Source of the DNA: Octopus sinensis
Taxonomy: Eukaryota
Assembly: GCF_006345805.1 (NCBI RefSeq)
Contig: NC_043002.1
Span: forward strand, 58,032,001-58,096,000
Length of the DNA stretch: 64,000 nucleotides
Direction of reading: 5' to 3'
Below are positions 12,005 to 25,644 of the stretch, piece by piece. A model generated the notes under the pieces. The model was not told the DNA's origin and made no database searches. It was given only the letters and a program-made list of their open reading frames with translations. A program made the position numbers and the translations under genes. The number at the start of each line of letters is the position of its first letter. The first letter of the stretch is position 1.

Positions 12005-12410
12005 ACACGGCCTAGATTTTGTGGGGAGTGGGACGGTCGATTACATCAACCCCAGTACTTCACTGGTACTTAATTTATCGTCTCCGAAAGGATGAAATCT
12101 AAAGTCAGCCTCAGCGGAATTTGAACTCGAAACGTAGAGGCAGACGAAATACAGCCAAGCATTTCGCCTGGCGTGCTAACGATTCTGCAAGCTCACCGCA
12201 TTAATAGTTATTAGTATAACAATATCTGTTAAGTCAGTGAGTTGACAGAGTCGTTAGCTCGCCGGGCAAGGTTTTTACGTTCTGAGTTCAAATTCCACCG
12301 TGGTCGACTTTCTAGTTCATTAAAATAAGTACCAATTGAACACTAGGTTCGATATAATCAATTTCGATCTCCAACAAAATTGCTGGCCTTGTGCCAAAAT
12401 TTAAAGCCGA
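12005..12410. mobile_element. Two SINE family B copies (minus 12005-12200, plus 12230-12410)
   Basis: gttctgagttcaaattcc..gtcgacttt..aagtacca motif shared with the arrays at 32325 and 35376. Confidence 0.7.
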
Positions 12411-13267
12411 TACATTAATATGTGTATGTCTATATATATGTGTGTGTGTGTATGCATCCATAAATACAAACACAAATATATGTACATGTATAAATATATG
12501 TATAAATGTGGGTACGTGCATATATGTGTGTGTCTTTTTATGCGAGTGTGTGCGTGTGTGAGGGTGTATGTGTGTGTGTGTGCGTGTGCATCCATAAATA
12601 TATACATGCAAAGATATATGCATTGATACATGTATAAATATACATATGAATGTGGGTATGTGAATATATTTGAGTGTGTCAGTGTGTGTGTGTGTGTGTG
12701 TGTGTGTGTTGCGTGTGTGTATGTGTGTGTGTGTATGTGTGTGTGTGTGTGTATGTGTGTGTAAATGACCTAATAGAGTCTGAATCAATTCAAAGTGAAG
12801 AAGTCCACTTAGAGAATATATTGCGCGTAACAATATCTCGAAATGCATAGAAAATACCCCTGATTTGTAGAATATGGGAAAGAACAATGTCATAATGACT
12901 CTCGCTGCCACTTAACAGCGTTGCTATAACAACCGAATACTCGTTCTGTAGATGTTCCATTCTGCGACATTGCTCTTTCTGTCTCTTTATTTGTTCGCGT
13001 CTTCGTTTCTTTATTTACGTAAGTGTGTACCCATGTAGCACAACACACACACACACACAGATACACATAGACACACACATATACACACAATCATACACAC
13101 ATGCACACATACACACACACTCACAAACACACACACGCACGCACACACGCACACAAACACACGCATGCAGAAATACGTGTGTATATGCATGAAAAATGTA
13201 CCTATGTATGTATGTACGTATGTATCAATGTATGTATGTGTGTATGTAAGTATATATGTGCATGTGT

Positions 13268-13402
<135 letters not shown>

Positions 13403-14084
13403 GCGTGTGAGAACATGTGCGAGTATTGCTACATGCACACACACATGTATGTATGTATGTATGTATGTATGTATGTATGTATGTATGTATGTATGTATGT
13501 ATGTATGTATGAATGAATGTATGTATGTATGCATGCATGTATGTATGTATTCATGCATGTATGTATGTATGTATGTATGCATGTATATATGTATGTATGA
13601 ATGAATGTATGTATGTATGTATGTATGCATGTATGTATGTATGCATGTATGTATGTATGTATATATGTATGTATGTATGCATGTATGTATGTATGTATGT
13701 ATGAAAGAATGTATGTATGTATGTATGCATGTATGTATGTATGTATGTATGTATGTATGTATGTATGTATGTATTGGCAGAAGTTACAGAATGACTCAAT
13801 GGCCGAGAGTTCGTGCCCTGGCACATATGAAACCGGTTTAAAATTATGGGTTTACATTTATTTAAGCAGGTTAAAATCGTTGAAATAATCAACGTACATA
13901 ATACATACATAATACATATATACATACATACATACATACGTACATACATATCATTATATCCCCTAGGCAGCATCTTTTAACCACCATATGTCGAAGTGCA
14001 TCCCTTGACCAAGTTTGCATACATGAGGCTGATAACATCATAAAACTTGGAAGGCAGCTCTTTGATCAACACTCTTTGCCTGTC

Positions 14085-14347
14085 CTGTTCTTGTTACCAC
14101 TTTTACCCCTCCGCAAAAAATCCCAAATTTTATTTAATTTGCTTCAATGAAGTCGTGTCTTGCCCTTACCTTCGAAACACGGAGTAGTCGAAACAGGGGC
14201 AACTGAAGAAGGGGAATATTCCTTGTGTTGTATGTCTTGTACTCTGTTTTTCCGTTGTTTGAAAAAAGTCCGTTTCCATGTTTTTGTTTTTATGTTTTCG
14301 TTTCTCATTGTGCTCTACGTTTTTTGGTATCCTGTACGCATATATGC
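14085..14347 (+). repeat. Unclassified interspersed repeat (other copies ~36945-37260 and end at 36440-36510)
   Basis: Shared ccctccgcaaaaaatcccaaattttatttaatttgctt..ccttaccttcgaaac..caactga(a/t)gaaggg..tcctgtac(g/c)catatatgca. Confidence 0.75.
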
Positions 14348-14348
14348 A

Positions 14349-14890
14349 TAATTTGCGAAGATATCATTGACTCCATTATTATCTAGTGCAACAATTTAAA
14401 ATTGGTAGTAACAGAATAAATAATATAGGTGATTTCAGGCCCCCATAAAGCATTAAATAGCTGAAGGATTAAAACTAAATATGTGTCTACCTACCTCTTA
14501 TATAATCACCAAAATACACCGATATTAACTACAGAAATCAACAGTCCGAAGGCAAACGGGCAAAGACAATCTCTCAGCATACATTCAAGTATTTGGAATC
14601 ACGTGGATTGGTTTCTGAACAGGCATAATAGTCACATCTTCCTCAGCACGTGTTACCATGATAGAGAGCCCCAACCCGTTGTGCTGAGGTCTGCGCTACA
14701 ACTGATTCGTTTTGCGCTATTTAATTCTCTTTGGGAGCCTGCAATCACCTATATTATTGATTCTGTTATCATTTTTAAATTGTTGCACTAGATAATAATA
14801 GAGTCAATGATATCTTAGCAAATTATATTTTCATGAAATATTTTTCTCGTGAATTATTGGCAACATGACGGGTTGGGGCTCTCTATCATG

Positions 14891-14893
<3 letters not shown>
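14349..14893. mobile_element. Fold-back element with nested inverted repeats and a hammerhead motif
   Basis: 14349-14465 is inverted at 14710-14826; 14655-14683 is inverted at 14864-14893. Confidence 0.7.
14600..14652 (-). ncRNA. Type I hammerhead motif, stem II degenerate
   Basis: Minus strand CACGTG-CTGAGGA-A-gatgtgactattatgcctgttc-A-GAAAC-ca-ATC-CACGTG. Confidence 0.55.
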
Positions 14894-14937
<44 letters not shown>

Positions 14938-15319
14938 GTGTGTGTGTGTGTGTGTGTGTGTCTGTGTATACACACATACATACATACATGCATCCATGCA
15001 TGCTAAAATTTGCTCGCACGCAGTTGTTACCAAATACTTTTTACAAATAAGATAAAAATCTTCAGGTGACTACACTTACGAAACAATGCCAAGTCAAAAC
15101 GGAACCATTCTATGCGGTTTGCTTCCCAAGAACGTGGTTCCAGATTTAGTCAAACTGCGTACTACTTTGGGTGAGTGCCTTCTATTATGGCCTGGGCCTG
15201 GTCTCACCACTTAATTTTTGTAAGCCTAGTACTTATTCTATCGGTCTCTTTTGCCGAACCGCCAAATTACGGGGACATGCAAGCGTCAACATCGGTTGTC
15301 AAGCGGTGGTGCTGGAAGA

Positions 15320-15742
15320 CCCTATGTCTGGCAGCAGTACTCTGCCCATGCCGCACAAGCAGTTATGGCTGTCAGACAGCTTCACCCCTCACATCTGGCC
15401 ACCTAACTCCCCAGACTGCAACCCCCTTGATTATCATGTGTGGGGCGCAGTTGAGTGAGAGACCAACAAAACACCTTGTAACACCAAAGATGGACTGAAG
15501 GCAAGGATTATGACAGCATTCACCAACTTAAACAAAGGAACTGTCCAGATGAGTAGCAGGAGATTCCCGAAACGTCGGGAGGCCGTAATTTAAGCCAATG
15601 GCGATTTTATTGAAAAAGTTTACTCTTTAATATTTAAAGATATTTTTATGTAAGTTTTGTAAATATATCTATTAAATTGAGATGTCAGTATTATTTTCAT
15701 TTTTGCTTAATTTAGACGACAGTTAATTCCCCGCACTCTGTA
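15320..15742 (+). mobile_element. Tc1/mariner transposase C-terminal remnant with right end
   Basis: WPPNSPDCNPLDYHVWGAVE..LKARI..EAVI*ANGDFIE; ends ccccgcactctgta. Confidence 0.75.
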
Positions 15743-16351
15743 TATACATATACAAACAATTGTGAAAAAGTGTGTTCCGGGAGCAGTGTTAACAACTACC
15801 ACAATAGTCACCTCTATCTTCACAATAATTACACAGCCATGCACATGCATTAATCGAGATATGATGGTTTTTAAATAAACTTCAAGAAGTTATGTTGCAA
15901 ATACGTCGTTCTTCTTAGCAGCAAACAACATTAACAAATATAAACAGATATTATTAGCGACTAAACTAAATGCCTGTAAGAGCAAAGATCAGCTCTCTTT
16001 AATTTTAATCACGGAAAGTCATACGTCGCATATCGATTAGCGTGTGAACATGTGGCTCTGTCTCTCTGGAGATATATTCACATAACTAATTGCTGTCTGT
16101 ATTAATGGAAACAGAGTAAAAAAATGATTACTCTTGGGTATTTACTATCTGTGGTTTAATCTCAGTCTGTTGCGGCAAGATAACTGGTTCCATTGTAGCT
16201 TCTGCGAGTTGACATTTTCAAAGAATTCTGTATCTCTTGATATTTTAGTAAAGGATTTACGTCAGCTGTCTATAAGATTTTTAAGCTGCCTACATACACA
16301 GATACGCATGCGGAAGCACACGCACAAATACACATACACACACAAACATTG

Positions 16352-16387
<36 letters not shown>

Positions 16388-16472
16388 GACAGGGGGGAGA
16401 GAGAATGAGGGATAGATAGTTGGATAGATAGATAAATAGATAAAGAGATAGATAGATAGATAGGTAGATAGT

Positions 16473-16566
<94 letters not shown>

Positions 16567-16876
16567 TGCAAGTAAGTCTACGTATACATATTCGGTGTAA
16601 GGCAATAACTTGGTGGGGCGTGGAATTTGAGAATGAATTTTAAATTATTAAAACTTGCAATAAAGTTTTAAATCTTCTTTCCTAAACACACACACACACA
16701 TACACACACACCCGCGCGCACACACATACATATACATGCACACAGGTATACACATGGTGTCGAAACCATAATGATATCCGTGGGGCAGCTGATGATGGAG
16801 ATATGTTGGAATGTTGGTATGTCTGTGGAATAGTATTATAACACATCCTTTTGATATATATATATACACACACATA

Positions 16877-17165
16877 TGGGGGTCATCCCATAAATAATGC
16901 GGTCTTTTATACTTCTTTTATTTTTCAAAATTAAGATAAACAAATTTCTTTTTTAATTTAAAATATACTCTCCTTCATTTTCTACAATGCCCTTCCATCT
17001 GTCTTGTTATCTTTTTAGGTCCCTATTCCAAAATTCGCTTGTCCGTAACGAAAAGTACTTTTGTGACCTCGTCTAGAGAATTCATATTTTTCCTGTCCAA
17101 ATGATTTTGAAGAATGCGGAATAAATGATAATCAGATGGGGCAATACGAATATGATGGTCCATGC
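16877..17165 (-). mobile_element. mariner transposase C-terminal remnant
   Basis: Minus-strand IAPSDYHLFRILQNHL..EGEYI; TIR-like ggggtcatccataaataatgcgg. Confidence 0.7.
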
Positions 17166-17324
17166 GTATCACGTCAGGTCGACGATGGGAAGAATGGCTT
17201 CCCTTTGCAAATACTGATAGGGCACAGAAAGTGTGTCAATAGCCAGCTGGAGATGTTCTCCTGGGGCTAAAGCTACAGTAGTATCCACCCTTAGTGGTTT
17301 GCCACATTTAAGTGGCAAATATAC

Positions 17325-17407
<83 letters not shown>

Positions 17408-17967
17408 GGCATCCCGTCCAGCTGAGAGGGTGGACACATACGCCACAGAAACCGGAAAACACGGCCCTTGAGCCTGGCTAGGCTTGAAAAGGGCGCGTCA
17501 ATAAATAATGTAAAAAGTAAAGAGTAAAAAGTAAAAGAGCCAAAAGGAAGAGAAAGTACGGTTAGGCAGCTTTTTAATCACTACAAATGTTTCAATACAT
17601 ACAGACCCTCCTATATACAAGATTTAAAGTTAAGTTTAAATTAAATCATTTCATGATTTACCTATTAAAGAAGATCTATATGTATCTCCTCAGGCGATAC
17701 TCAGTTGCTGTCTCCGTAAGCAAATTTAGATTTCCATGCTACAACATCCATGGCTTCTTCTATTTGTACACTTATGCGTTCTTAAAAGAACACACATCCA
17801 CTATATATATATGTATATATATATGTATGTATGTATGTATGTGTGTATGTGTATATATATATATGTATGTCTATGTATATATATATGTATATATATATAC
17901 ATACACACATACATACATACATATATATATATACATATATATATATTATATACATATATATATATAC

Positions 17968-18005
<38 letters not shown>

Positions 18006-18155
18006 GTTTATTGAAATGGATAAATGAATTATCTTGTTACGGATTATTCAAAATTTAACCGATACCTGGGTAGCAAAAATCACAACAGAAAAAACACGTT
18101 GAGGTTACGACCATGGGGTGTCGCAACCGTGCCTTAGCGCGGATAATTGAAGTTT

Positions 18156-18482
18156 TATATATTTAGTGAAGGGAAGAAATGGAGCTGAACGAAGATTCTA
18201 CAAATTCTTTTTATTATTTTCTACACATGTTTCAAAGGCTGCAAATTTCCAAATTCAGATTGAATAAGGAGACCATTTTGCAGCTTTCTCTTCAGGAAAA
18301 TCCAGGAATTTAAATCTCCAAACAAATGCGCAGCAAGCTTTTCGAACAAACGCTCCCTAGGAGCCCATGGTATGAATCTCCTTATTCAATCCGAATTTGG
18401 AAATTGCAGCCTTTGAAACATGTGTAGAAAATAATAAAAGGAATTTTGTAGAATCTTCGTTCAGCTCCATTCTTCCCTTCAC

Positions 18483-18492
<10 letters not shown>
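18156..18492. mobile_element. Fold-back PLE-type terminal fragment (~116-bp inverted arms)
   Basis: 18156-18272 is the reverse complement of 18377-18492; right end abuts (AT)n. Confidence 0.8.
18217..18300 (-). ncRNA. Type I hammerhead ribozyme with long stem II
   Basis: Minus strand TTTTC-CTGAAGA-gaaagctgcaaa...tttgcagccttt-GAAAC-atgt-GTA-GAAAA. Confidence 0.75.
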
Positions 18493-18560
<68 letters not shown>

Positions 18561-18562
<2 letters not shown>

Positions 18563-18914
18563 TTTTGTTTAAATGAGATAGCTTAGCTATGTTTCGACCA
18601 AAGACTGGTCCAGGCCATGTCTAACTTAATAGCACCACCTGATAGGATTACTAAATCCTTTTGAAGTCAATACGGAGACAGCAACTGAGTATCGCCAGAG
18701 GAGATACATATATATCTTCTTTAATAGGTAAATCATGAAATAATTTAATTTAAACTTAACTTTAAATCTTGTATATAGAAGGATCTGTACGTATTGAAAC
18801 ATTTGTAGCGATTAAAAAGCTGCCTAACCGTACATACAGACATACATACATACATACATACATACATACATACATACATACATACATACATACATACATA
18901 CATGCATGCATGCA

Positions 18915-18948
<34 letters not shown>

Positions 18949-19136
18949 AAAGTACATATATATTATGTAGATTCACATACACACACACATATATATCTTT
19001 TATGCCCTTAATATAAAAAAAAATATATTTAAAATGAATAATTAACAAATTAATAAATGATTAATAAATTTTTCCCTTACGAGGTTTTTCACGATAACTA
19101 CTTGATAATTTCTTATAAAGATTTTATCCTATTTTT

Positions 19137-19189
<53 letters not shown>

Positions 19190-20268
19190 ATATGTATGTG
19201 TATATATGTATGTATATGTATATATGTATATATATACTCTCCTATATACTACTTTTATATATATATATATATATAAAATATCGTGTACATTAAAACACAT
19301 TAAGAGGCTTCTATCATAGGAAATCCTTGCGCTAGAAAGAACAGTTAAAAATTCAAAATACTAATTAGGGATAAATTCTCGAAGAGAATGAAAATTAAAA
19401 ACATTTACCATCTAATTTAATTCCTAGACCATGGTTTCTGACTTATTTCAGTAAAAAAAGATTTACTGAGGCCAGTCTTCATCAGTAGGTAGCCTTTAGA
19501 ATTTAAATATACACACACCGAGATCGATTCCTCATGTAAACTCATTGTTTGTATATTCTACTTTTCAAATCCACTGCGCAGACGCAGTCTATATCCGACA
19601 ACGGAGAGGATGCCGGTAAAACCTTGAACAAATTCATCAAAAATCATTTAAACATAATAAATAATATTAGGGTAATAAGAATTATAGAACTTTTTTATTA
19701 CCATACGTACATACAAAAAAATTTAGTCAATAAACTATTTATTATTCATATAAAATATCGTGTACATTAAAACACATTAAAACCCTAGTTATCGTGAAAA
19801 ATCTCATAAGGGAAAAATTTATTAATCATTTATTAATTTATTAATTATTCACTTTAAATATCTTTTTTTATATTAAGGGCATAAAAGATATATATGTGTG
19901 TGTGTATGTGAATCTACATAATATATATGTACTTTTATGTATGTATGTATGTATGTATGTATGTATGTATGTATGTATGTATGTATGTATGTATGTACGG
20001 TTAGGCAGCTTTTTAATCGCTACAAATGTTTCAATACGCACAGATCCTTCTATATACAAGATTTAAAGTTATGTTTAAATTAAATTATTTCACGATTTAC
20101 CTATTAAAGAAGATCTATGTGTATCTCCTCAGGCGATACTCAGTTGCTGTCTCCGTATTGACTTCAAAAGGATTTAGTAAATCCTATAAGGTGGTGCTAT
20201 TAAGTTAGACATGGCCTGGATCAGTCTTTGGTCGAAACATAGCTAAGCTATCTCATTTAACCAAGTTA
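18561..20268. repeat. Large inverted repeat (~500-bp arms 18561-19100 and 19786-20268); third partial copy at 17555-17720
   Basis: Arms are near-identical reverse complements, including an internal (TACA)n tract. Confidence 0.9.
19423..19489 (-). ncRNA. Type I hammerhead ribozyme, canonical core
   Basis: Minus strand CCTA-CTGATGA-A-GACT..tcagtaaa/tttactga..AGTC-A-GAAAC-catg-GTC-TAGG; palindromic stem III ACCATGGT. Confidence 0.8.
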
Positions 20269-20542
20269 TATATATATATATATTATATGAATGATATATA
20301 GCTAATTGACTAATTGTTTTGGCGCTAGGCCACTGGTAATAAAAAAATTCTATAATTCTTATTACCCTAATGTTATTTATTATATATATATATATATTGA
20401 TTTAGAGGAAAACTTCTATTAAACAATTCAATAAAGATGTTATTCACATCTTTATAGAAAATATATACTATAAAAAACATATAGCATAAAAAATTATTCT
20501 AAAAATCAATAAAGTAAAATGAATTGTAAATAATAGTAAAAG

Positions 20543-20660
20543 GACTACGCACGCTTCGTGGCTATATTTTCAAATAGATAATAATAATAAAATCAATTCG
20601 ATTTAAAATTAAATCGAACTAAAATTAATTCTATTCAAAAATATAATCACTCATTAGGTC
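20543..20660 (-). ncRNA. Degenerate type I hammerhead with long stem II
   Basis: Minus strand GAC-CTAATGA-gtgattatatttt...aaaatatagccac-GAAGC-gtgc-GTA-GTC; two core substitutions. Confidence 0.55.
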
Positions 20661-20703
20661 TAAGACAATAAATAATAAAATATAATAATAGAATAAATGT
20701 ACT

Positions 20704-21070
20704 TATCTTAACTTATAGCAATTATCAAATAAACATATAAAGAATACATGTATTAACTATAAATAATCGAAAAACATTTAACAATATTTCTTAAAATAAA
20801 AATATAACTTATCTTATCGAAGGATTTTCGTTTACTAACGATTTAAACGTTTACTAACGATTTAAACGTAAAACGTAAAATATGGCGTAAATAGAATATC
20901 TTAACTTATAGCAATTATCAAATAAACATATAAAGAATACATGTATTAACTGTAAATAATCGAAAAACATTTAACAATATTTCTTAAAATAAAAATATAA
21001 CTTATCTTATCGAAGGATTTTCGTTTACTAACGATTTAAACGTAAAACGTAAAATATGGCGTAAATAGAA
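20704..21070 (+). repeat. Tandem duplication of a ~175-190-bp AT-rich unit
   Basis: tatcttaacttatagcaattatc...aaatatggcgtaaatagaa is repeated head-to-tail. Confidence 0.9.
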
Positions 21071-21715
21071 TTTATAGAAGAAATAGATAGAAATATGTAT
21101 TTAAACTTTTAAAATTACAAATGTGTTTTAGCTGTAAGAATAAGGGAAAAAATTTAACTTTAATATACCATTCACTGGAAAAATTGTAAAGTCTAAATAA
21201 TCTAAATGCTAAATACGTAAAATACATAATATAATTAAGCTAAATTAAGCTAAAATTCTATAATTTAATCTATTTTCAATAATTTATATATTTATTTTAT
21301 AAACATCTAATTTACAACTTATTCTAATTATGTAATATAGAATATTTAATCTCATGCTAATTAATACACATTTTACTAATACAAATTATAACTACAACAA
21401 TTAGTAACGTAAAACAGGGTTTATATATGTACACAAAATCACTAAACTTATTATATAAATAATTTAATTAATTAATGTCTACATTTAATTGCTCGTTCGT
21501 CTAGAGATTTTATCAAATTTTTATTATTAGTTAATAATATCTCTTTAAATTCGTCAGTAGGTAATAAACAAAAATTACTACTTATTCGATATGATTTTGC
21601 CTTACAAATTATCTCCCAATGTAAACTGTACTTAATATTTTTAGATTTTAGTTCCCATATATATTTACTATGTATATATATATAAAGATATATATATATA
21701 TATATATAGATAGAT

Positions 21716-21762
<47 letters not shown>

Positions 21763-21872
21763 ATAGATATGTATGTATTCATATATTATACATATATCTT
21801 CATGTATGTGAATATATATGTATGTGTGTATATATGTATGATGTATATATAATATAGATATATATAATATAG

Positions 21873-21914
<42 letters not shown>

Positions 21915-23079
21915 TATGAATATTCATTACATATTACTTATAGGTCATGTACTCTATGTGCTTTTGCGCATACTTCTTTCATTCTGATATTTTCTATAGT
22001 TTAGTTTTCTATATTTCTGATCTAGACAGAAAAAAATTAGCATAAACCACATTGAACAGTTGTAAAAATGAATGGCACTGTTCTTTTGATATCGTTATTT
22101 ACAATATAAAATGTATGAAAAAATATTCTAAAATGTCAAGTGTACTTTTACATTCGTTTTAAAGATGGTCGTCTGTTATGAGCTTCTTTTAAAGTTTAAA
22201 TCAAAGTCTGTCCGTAAATAGTTTTAATTATATGCTGGAGAGATAGATTAAGCTGCGGCTTTTTTGTTATAGATTTGCTAGTTTGTTTTCTTTTTGCTTT
22301 TGTTTTTTGTGTATGTTATATGATGTCTTACTTATGTATTTGATAATCCTTTTTTTTTTTAAATTGGAAAATTCCATTCTGGTGTTGATATTGGAAATCA
22401 AATTGTTATTCTTACTGAAGCCGGTACCCAACATGTTGTGAAACATAGACTCTAGAGAGTAAGAGAGAAGAAGAAAATTTAAAAAAGAAGGAAAAAAGTA
22501 GGGGAAAATCTAAAAACATACTTTAGATTTAAGTATGTATGTATATATATATATATATACATATCTATACTACATATACATATATATGTATGTGCGTATA
22601 TGTAAGGTGAGAGAGAGAAGGAGAAAAAGAAATCTATTTCTGTGTTCGTAGAAACAGTTTTACTTATATATTTATTAATTATTGATCTTAGCTCAACGAT
22701 CAATCAATAATCCCATTGCAGCTGATCCACTGATCGAGCCAAGGAATCTATATTGTCAGTGATGTTTTTGTTTTCATTCATGGTACTATTTTTTGATTGG
22801 CAGAAGTTTCAAAAATTTCATGGAGTTGCGGTGGAAGACTAGATTCCAACTGAGAAGGCATTTACTTTCGACATTGACGGCAAGTCAACCGTTCGAACGC
22901 TCTGTCAATTCTCGCCAATTCTTCGACTACAGTGACACTTTGATCATCGACCTCAAAAAGACAAAAGACCAAGTTGAGTCTTTGGTGGGATTCGAACTCA
23001 GTGCTTCAAAACAAGTACTACGTCTCTTTGTATCAAATGTTGTAACGACTCGACCATTCTGCAACCTGTAAAATTGTTT

Positions 23080-23530
23080 CACATTTTGACACGCGGACCG
23101 CAATTTTAAGGGGGTTGCATATCGATTACATCGATCCCATCGCTCAACTGATACTTATTTTAATCTAATCCGAAAGGTAGAAGGGCGAAACTGACGTCGG
23201 CAATATTTGAACTCAGAACGTGTGGTACCACAAGAGATGTGCTGCTAAGTACTTTGTCAAACGCGTTAACAACTCTGCCAATTCACTGACTTCCACTTTC
23301 AATAAAACCACTCTCTAAAATAGGCACGAGTCCTGAAATTTGGAGAGAAAGGTTAGTCGATTATATCGGGCCCAGTACTTCACTGGTACTTTATTTTATC
23401 GACCCCGTGGGGATGAGAAACGAAGGTGGTCTTGGCAGGAATTTAAAATTTAACTCAGAACCCTGGGGGTTAGAACGAATGCTGCCAAGAATTTATTCGG
23501 TGATTTAATAATTCTGCCAGCGTACAGCCT
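23080..23530 (-). mobile_element. Two diverged tandem SINE family B copies
   Basis: tcgattacatcga..tactt..ttga/aactcagaac..ctgcca motifs. Confidence 0.6.
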
Positions 23531-23632
23531 TCCCGATGTCTTTAAAAAAATATAAAATATGGAATAAATATCAGTGATATACCTCGAACAATGTCCGTTT
23601 GTAGCTTTTATTCTTCTATTTTACCCTTTATG

Positions 23633-23668
<36 letters not shown>

Positions 23669-23875
23669 AATTTTATTCCTTGTAAACTCTAAATTTTCCC
23701 CGTCTAAAATATTCATACCTTATCTCTGATGACGGAACAGGAATACTTAGTGCACAGACATGCTAATCAACCACATGGGTTGTGCCAGAAAAAGTTGTAA
23801 GACTTTAAATCCACCTTAAGTGAATTATTCTAAATAACTTGTAATACTCGTTCTCTTTTGGTTTGACATTTGCTC

Positions 23876-23959
<84 letters not shown>

Positions 23960-23963
<4 letters not shown>

Positions 23964-24129
23964 CGCAAAAGAAATAGACAAAGAAAAATCCAATAAACGC
24001 AAAAGAAATAGACAAAGAAAAATCCCATAAACGCAAAAGAAATAGACAAAGAAAAATCTCATAAACGCAAAAGAAATAGACAAAGAAAAATCCCATAAGC
24101 GCAAAAGAAATAGACAAAGAAAAATCCCA
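23960..24129 (+). repeat. 5 x 34-bp tandem repeat at the 5' junction of an R4/Dong copy
   Basis: Unit taaacgcaaaagaaatagacaaagaaaaatccca starting at 23960, 23994, 24028, 24062 and 24096. Confidence 0.95.
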
Positions 24130-24919
24130 GCAATGGTTGAGAAGCTCAGGACTCAAAGCAGAAACAGAGGGATTTTTAATTGCAGCACAAGACCAAAGCC
24201 TCCCCACCAGAAATTACCAAAAACATGTAATGAAAAGAAATATTACAAGTAACTGCAGAATATGTGGAGATGAACAAGAAACAATAAATCATATTATCTC
24301 TAGCTGCCCAGTCTTGGCTAAGAAGGAATATATTCACAGACATGACAGAGTTGGAACCTACATACATTGGAAGCTATGCCAACATTATGGAATAACAACA
24401 GAAAAAAGATGGTATAGGCACACACCAGAAAAGGTCACAGAAAACGAGAAAACAACCATACTCTGGGATATGCCGATACACACAGATAGAGAAATTAAGG
24501 CCAACAGACCAGATATAGTTGTCAGAGATCATGAAAGAAAAAAATGCTTTTAATTGATGTATCAATACCGGCAGATGACAACGTGTCTCTAAAAGAAATG
24601 GAGAAACTCTCAAAATACAAAGACCTGGAAATAGAGGTAACTAGAATGTAGAACCTGAAAACAGAAACAATTCCTATCATAGTAGGTGCATTAGGCATGA
24701 TAAAAAAAATATTCAGACAAATACATAACAAAAACACCAGGACTTACAAACACATACATACAGAAAATTGCACTACTAGGCACTGCACACATCCTACGCA
24801 GAACACTTTCCATACAATAACCATCAGAGCATCACAACAAATCACAGCACATACCCAAAGGCACACAGTGCTGCGCTCGGTAGTGAAGTGAAAGCACGCT
24901 ATAAAAATAAAACTACTGA
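23960..24919 (+). mobile_element. 5'-truncated R4/Dong-type LINE (RLE domain) in (TAA)n
   Basis: ETEGFLIAAQDQ, CRICG..ETINHIISSC, RHDRV, WDMPI..RPDIVV, IDVSIP; (TAA)n on both flanks. Confidence 0.9.
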
Positions 24920-25069
24920 ATAATAATATAATAATAATAATATAATATAATAATAATAATAATAATATAATATAATAAGAATAAGAGAAGAAGAGAAGAA
25001 GAAAGAAGAAGCAAGAAGAAGAAGAAGAATACATACATTATATATATACAATTATATATACATACAGTG

Positions 25070-25108
<39 letters not shown>

Positions 25109-25109
25109 A

Positions 25110-25644
25110 TATCGTCAGTCCAAATATGCTTGATGGACGTTCGAACTAGGAACAAGCTACTCACTGCATTTTGTCACAGAGAATATATTTTGCTTGTTGA
25201 CAAATGGTGTGTTTACACATAGATCAGCTAGCAGTGCCACCTACCTAGACTGTGAGATGCTAACATTTCGGAGTAGTTGTTTCTTCATCGGCCACAGACA
25301 CGAAGCAGACGACACCGTGAGCTGGATTAAGAGATTACCTCTGTTATTCTGTTCCAGTCACCGTATACGGTGCCTCATCGTAAGTAAATTACGGAAAGGG
25401 AGTGCTAAGCAGTGATAAGGGACATTGTAATGTTATTATGAGTATGCTTGATGTAGGTTCAAACTGGGGAACAAGCTAGTCACTGTGTTTTGTCAAGGAG
25501 AATATATATTGCTTTTTGATACATGGTCTGTATACAGCGAGATCAGTTCGGTGAATGGAAAAGTTCAAACCTACATCAAGCAAATTCGGACGGATAATGA
25601 CATTGCAATTTCCCTTATCGTAGCTTAGCGCCCCACCTCCGTAA

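Noticed and set aside
14165-14225. GAAAC...GTC...CTGAAGA as a type II hammerhead (also ~37050-37100)
   Set aside because: Stems I and II do not pair convincingly in either copy
23960-24129. 34-bp repeats as a CRISPR array
   Set aside because: Repeats are contiguous with no spacers and derive from LINE coding sequence, in a eukaryotic context
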